Shown here piece after piece: positions 31,714-32,000 of a DNA stretch of 32,000 nt. The first letter of the stretch is position 1. Each line of letters starts with the position of its first letter. Below the pieces are notes generated by a model. The model was not told where the DNA came from. It was given only the letters and a program-made list of their open reading frames with translations, and did not search any database. Made by a program: the position numbers and the translations under genes. Source of the DNA: Candidatus Saccharimonadota bacterium (lineage in GTDB: Bacteria > Patescibacteriota > Patescibacteriia > 2-12-FULL-60-25); assembly GCA_963718585.1 (NCBI GenBank), contig OY970357.1:90001-122000 (forward strand), given 5' to 3'.

Positions 31714-32000
31714 CTTTGCCCCGGTCCCTCTCTTCATCAAAGCGCAAGCGCCCTCAGGGTGCGGCTTCGGCACTCGAATCTCAGCTCGCGTCCGTCATCG
31801 AACAGGACGGCGTGGTGCTTTTGAGTGCGCGCGGACAGAAGATGCGACCCAAGCGCGACGCGACGGATCCGACTTTCCTCTCATCTCCCAAACCGATCAG
31901 TAGCGGTTCCGTGACGGACGAGGTCGCGGAACTGGACGCACAGGTCGTGGGGCTCGCGGTCCAGACGTACGGCGGTCGACAGATCGCCGTCGATGTCCGC
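31710..32000 (+). CDS. Hypothetical protein, 5' partial in window (runs off the end)
   Basis: Its ATG at 31710 overlaps the GT4 stop (ATGA), suggesting translational coupling. The frame stays open for 97 codons to the window end. It is absent from the ORF track because it has no stop. Confidence 0.45.
   Translation, partial: MTLPRSLSSSKRKRPQGAASALESQLASVIEQDGVVLLSARGQKMRPKRDATDPTFLSSPKPISSGSVTDEVAELDAQVVGLAVQTYGGRQIAVDVR

Overview
GC-rich (roughly 58-60% by eye), tightly packed bacterial chromosome segment. It carries about 30 protein genes on both strands and 7 tRNA genes, all of which encode their CCA end. I found no rRNA, CRISPR array, transposase, integrase or reverse transcriptase. The recognisable genes are mostly housekeeping or envelope-related: RNase J, 2OG-Fe(II) oxygenase, DUF1761, an orphan family-5 solute-binding protein, SecG, a DsbA-like thioredoxin, UvrA, MscS, L19, archaeal-type Cmk, an RluD-like synthase, a P1B-type ATPase, DUF4230, RNase HII, DUF1059, a K+-independent membrane pyrophosphatase, a DUF45/SprT-like HExxH protein, a ferredoxin plus FNR-like reductase, MgtC, and a GT4 glycosyltransferase. 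Several lipoprotein-like or secreted hypotheticals sit among them. The gene set and style suggest a small-genome uncultivated lineage such as Patescibacteria/CPR, but this is inference only. The most unusual signal is non-coding and attached to the tRNA genes. (1) A modular, hairpin-rich trailer element follows tRNA-Leu and tRNA-Gly. Each unit starts with an inverted copy of the host tRNA T-loop/T-stem and ends with a direct copy of that tRNA's last 18 nt including CCA, followed by its own terminator. The Leu and Gly units share a homologous core with compensatory stem changes. (2) A conserved structured leader element of about 65-100 nt lies immediately upstream of tRNA-Leu, tRNA-Phe and tRNA-Ile(GAU), and an orphan copy sits next to a collapsed tRNA-Ile remnant. 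Other points worth a second look: a tRNA-Ile with a UAU anticodon, a roughly 400-nt structured leader with a consensus promoter upstream of RNase J, probable leaderless genes, and a small palindromic element between the ferredoxin and its reductase. All coordinates and motifs were read by hand from the sequence. No database search was run.
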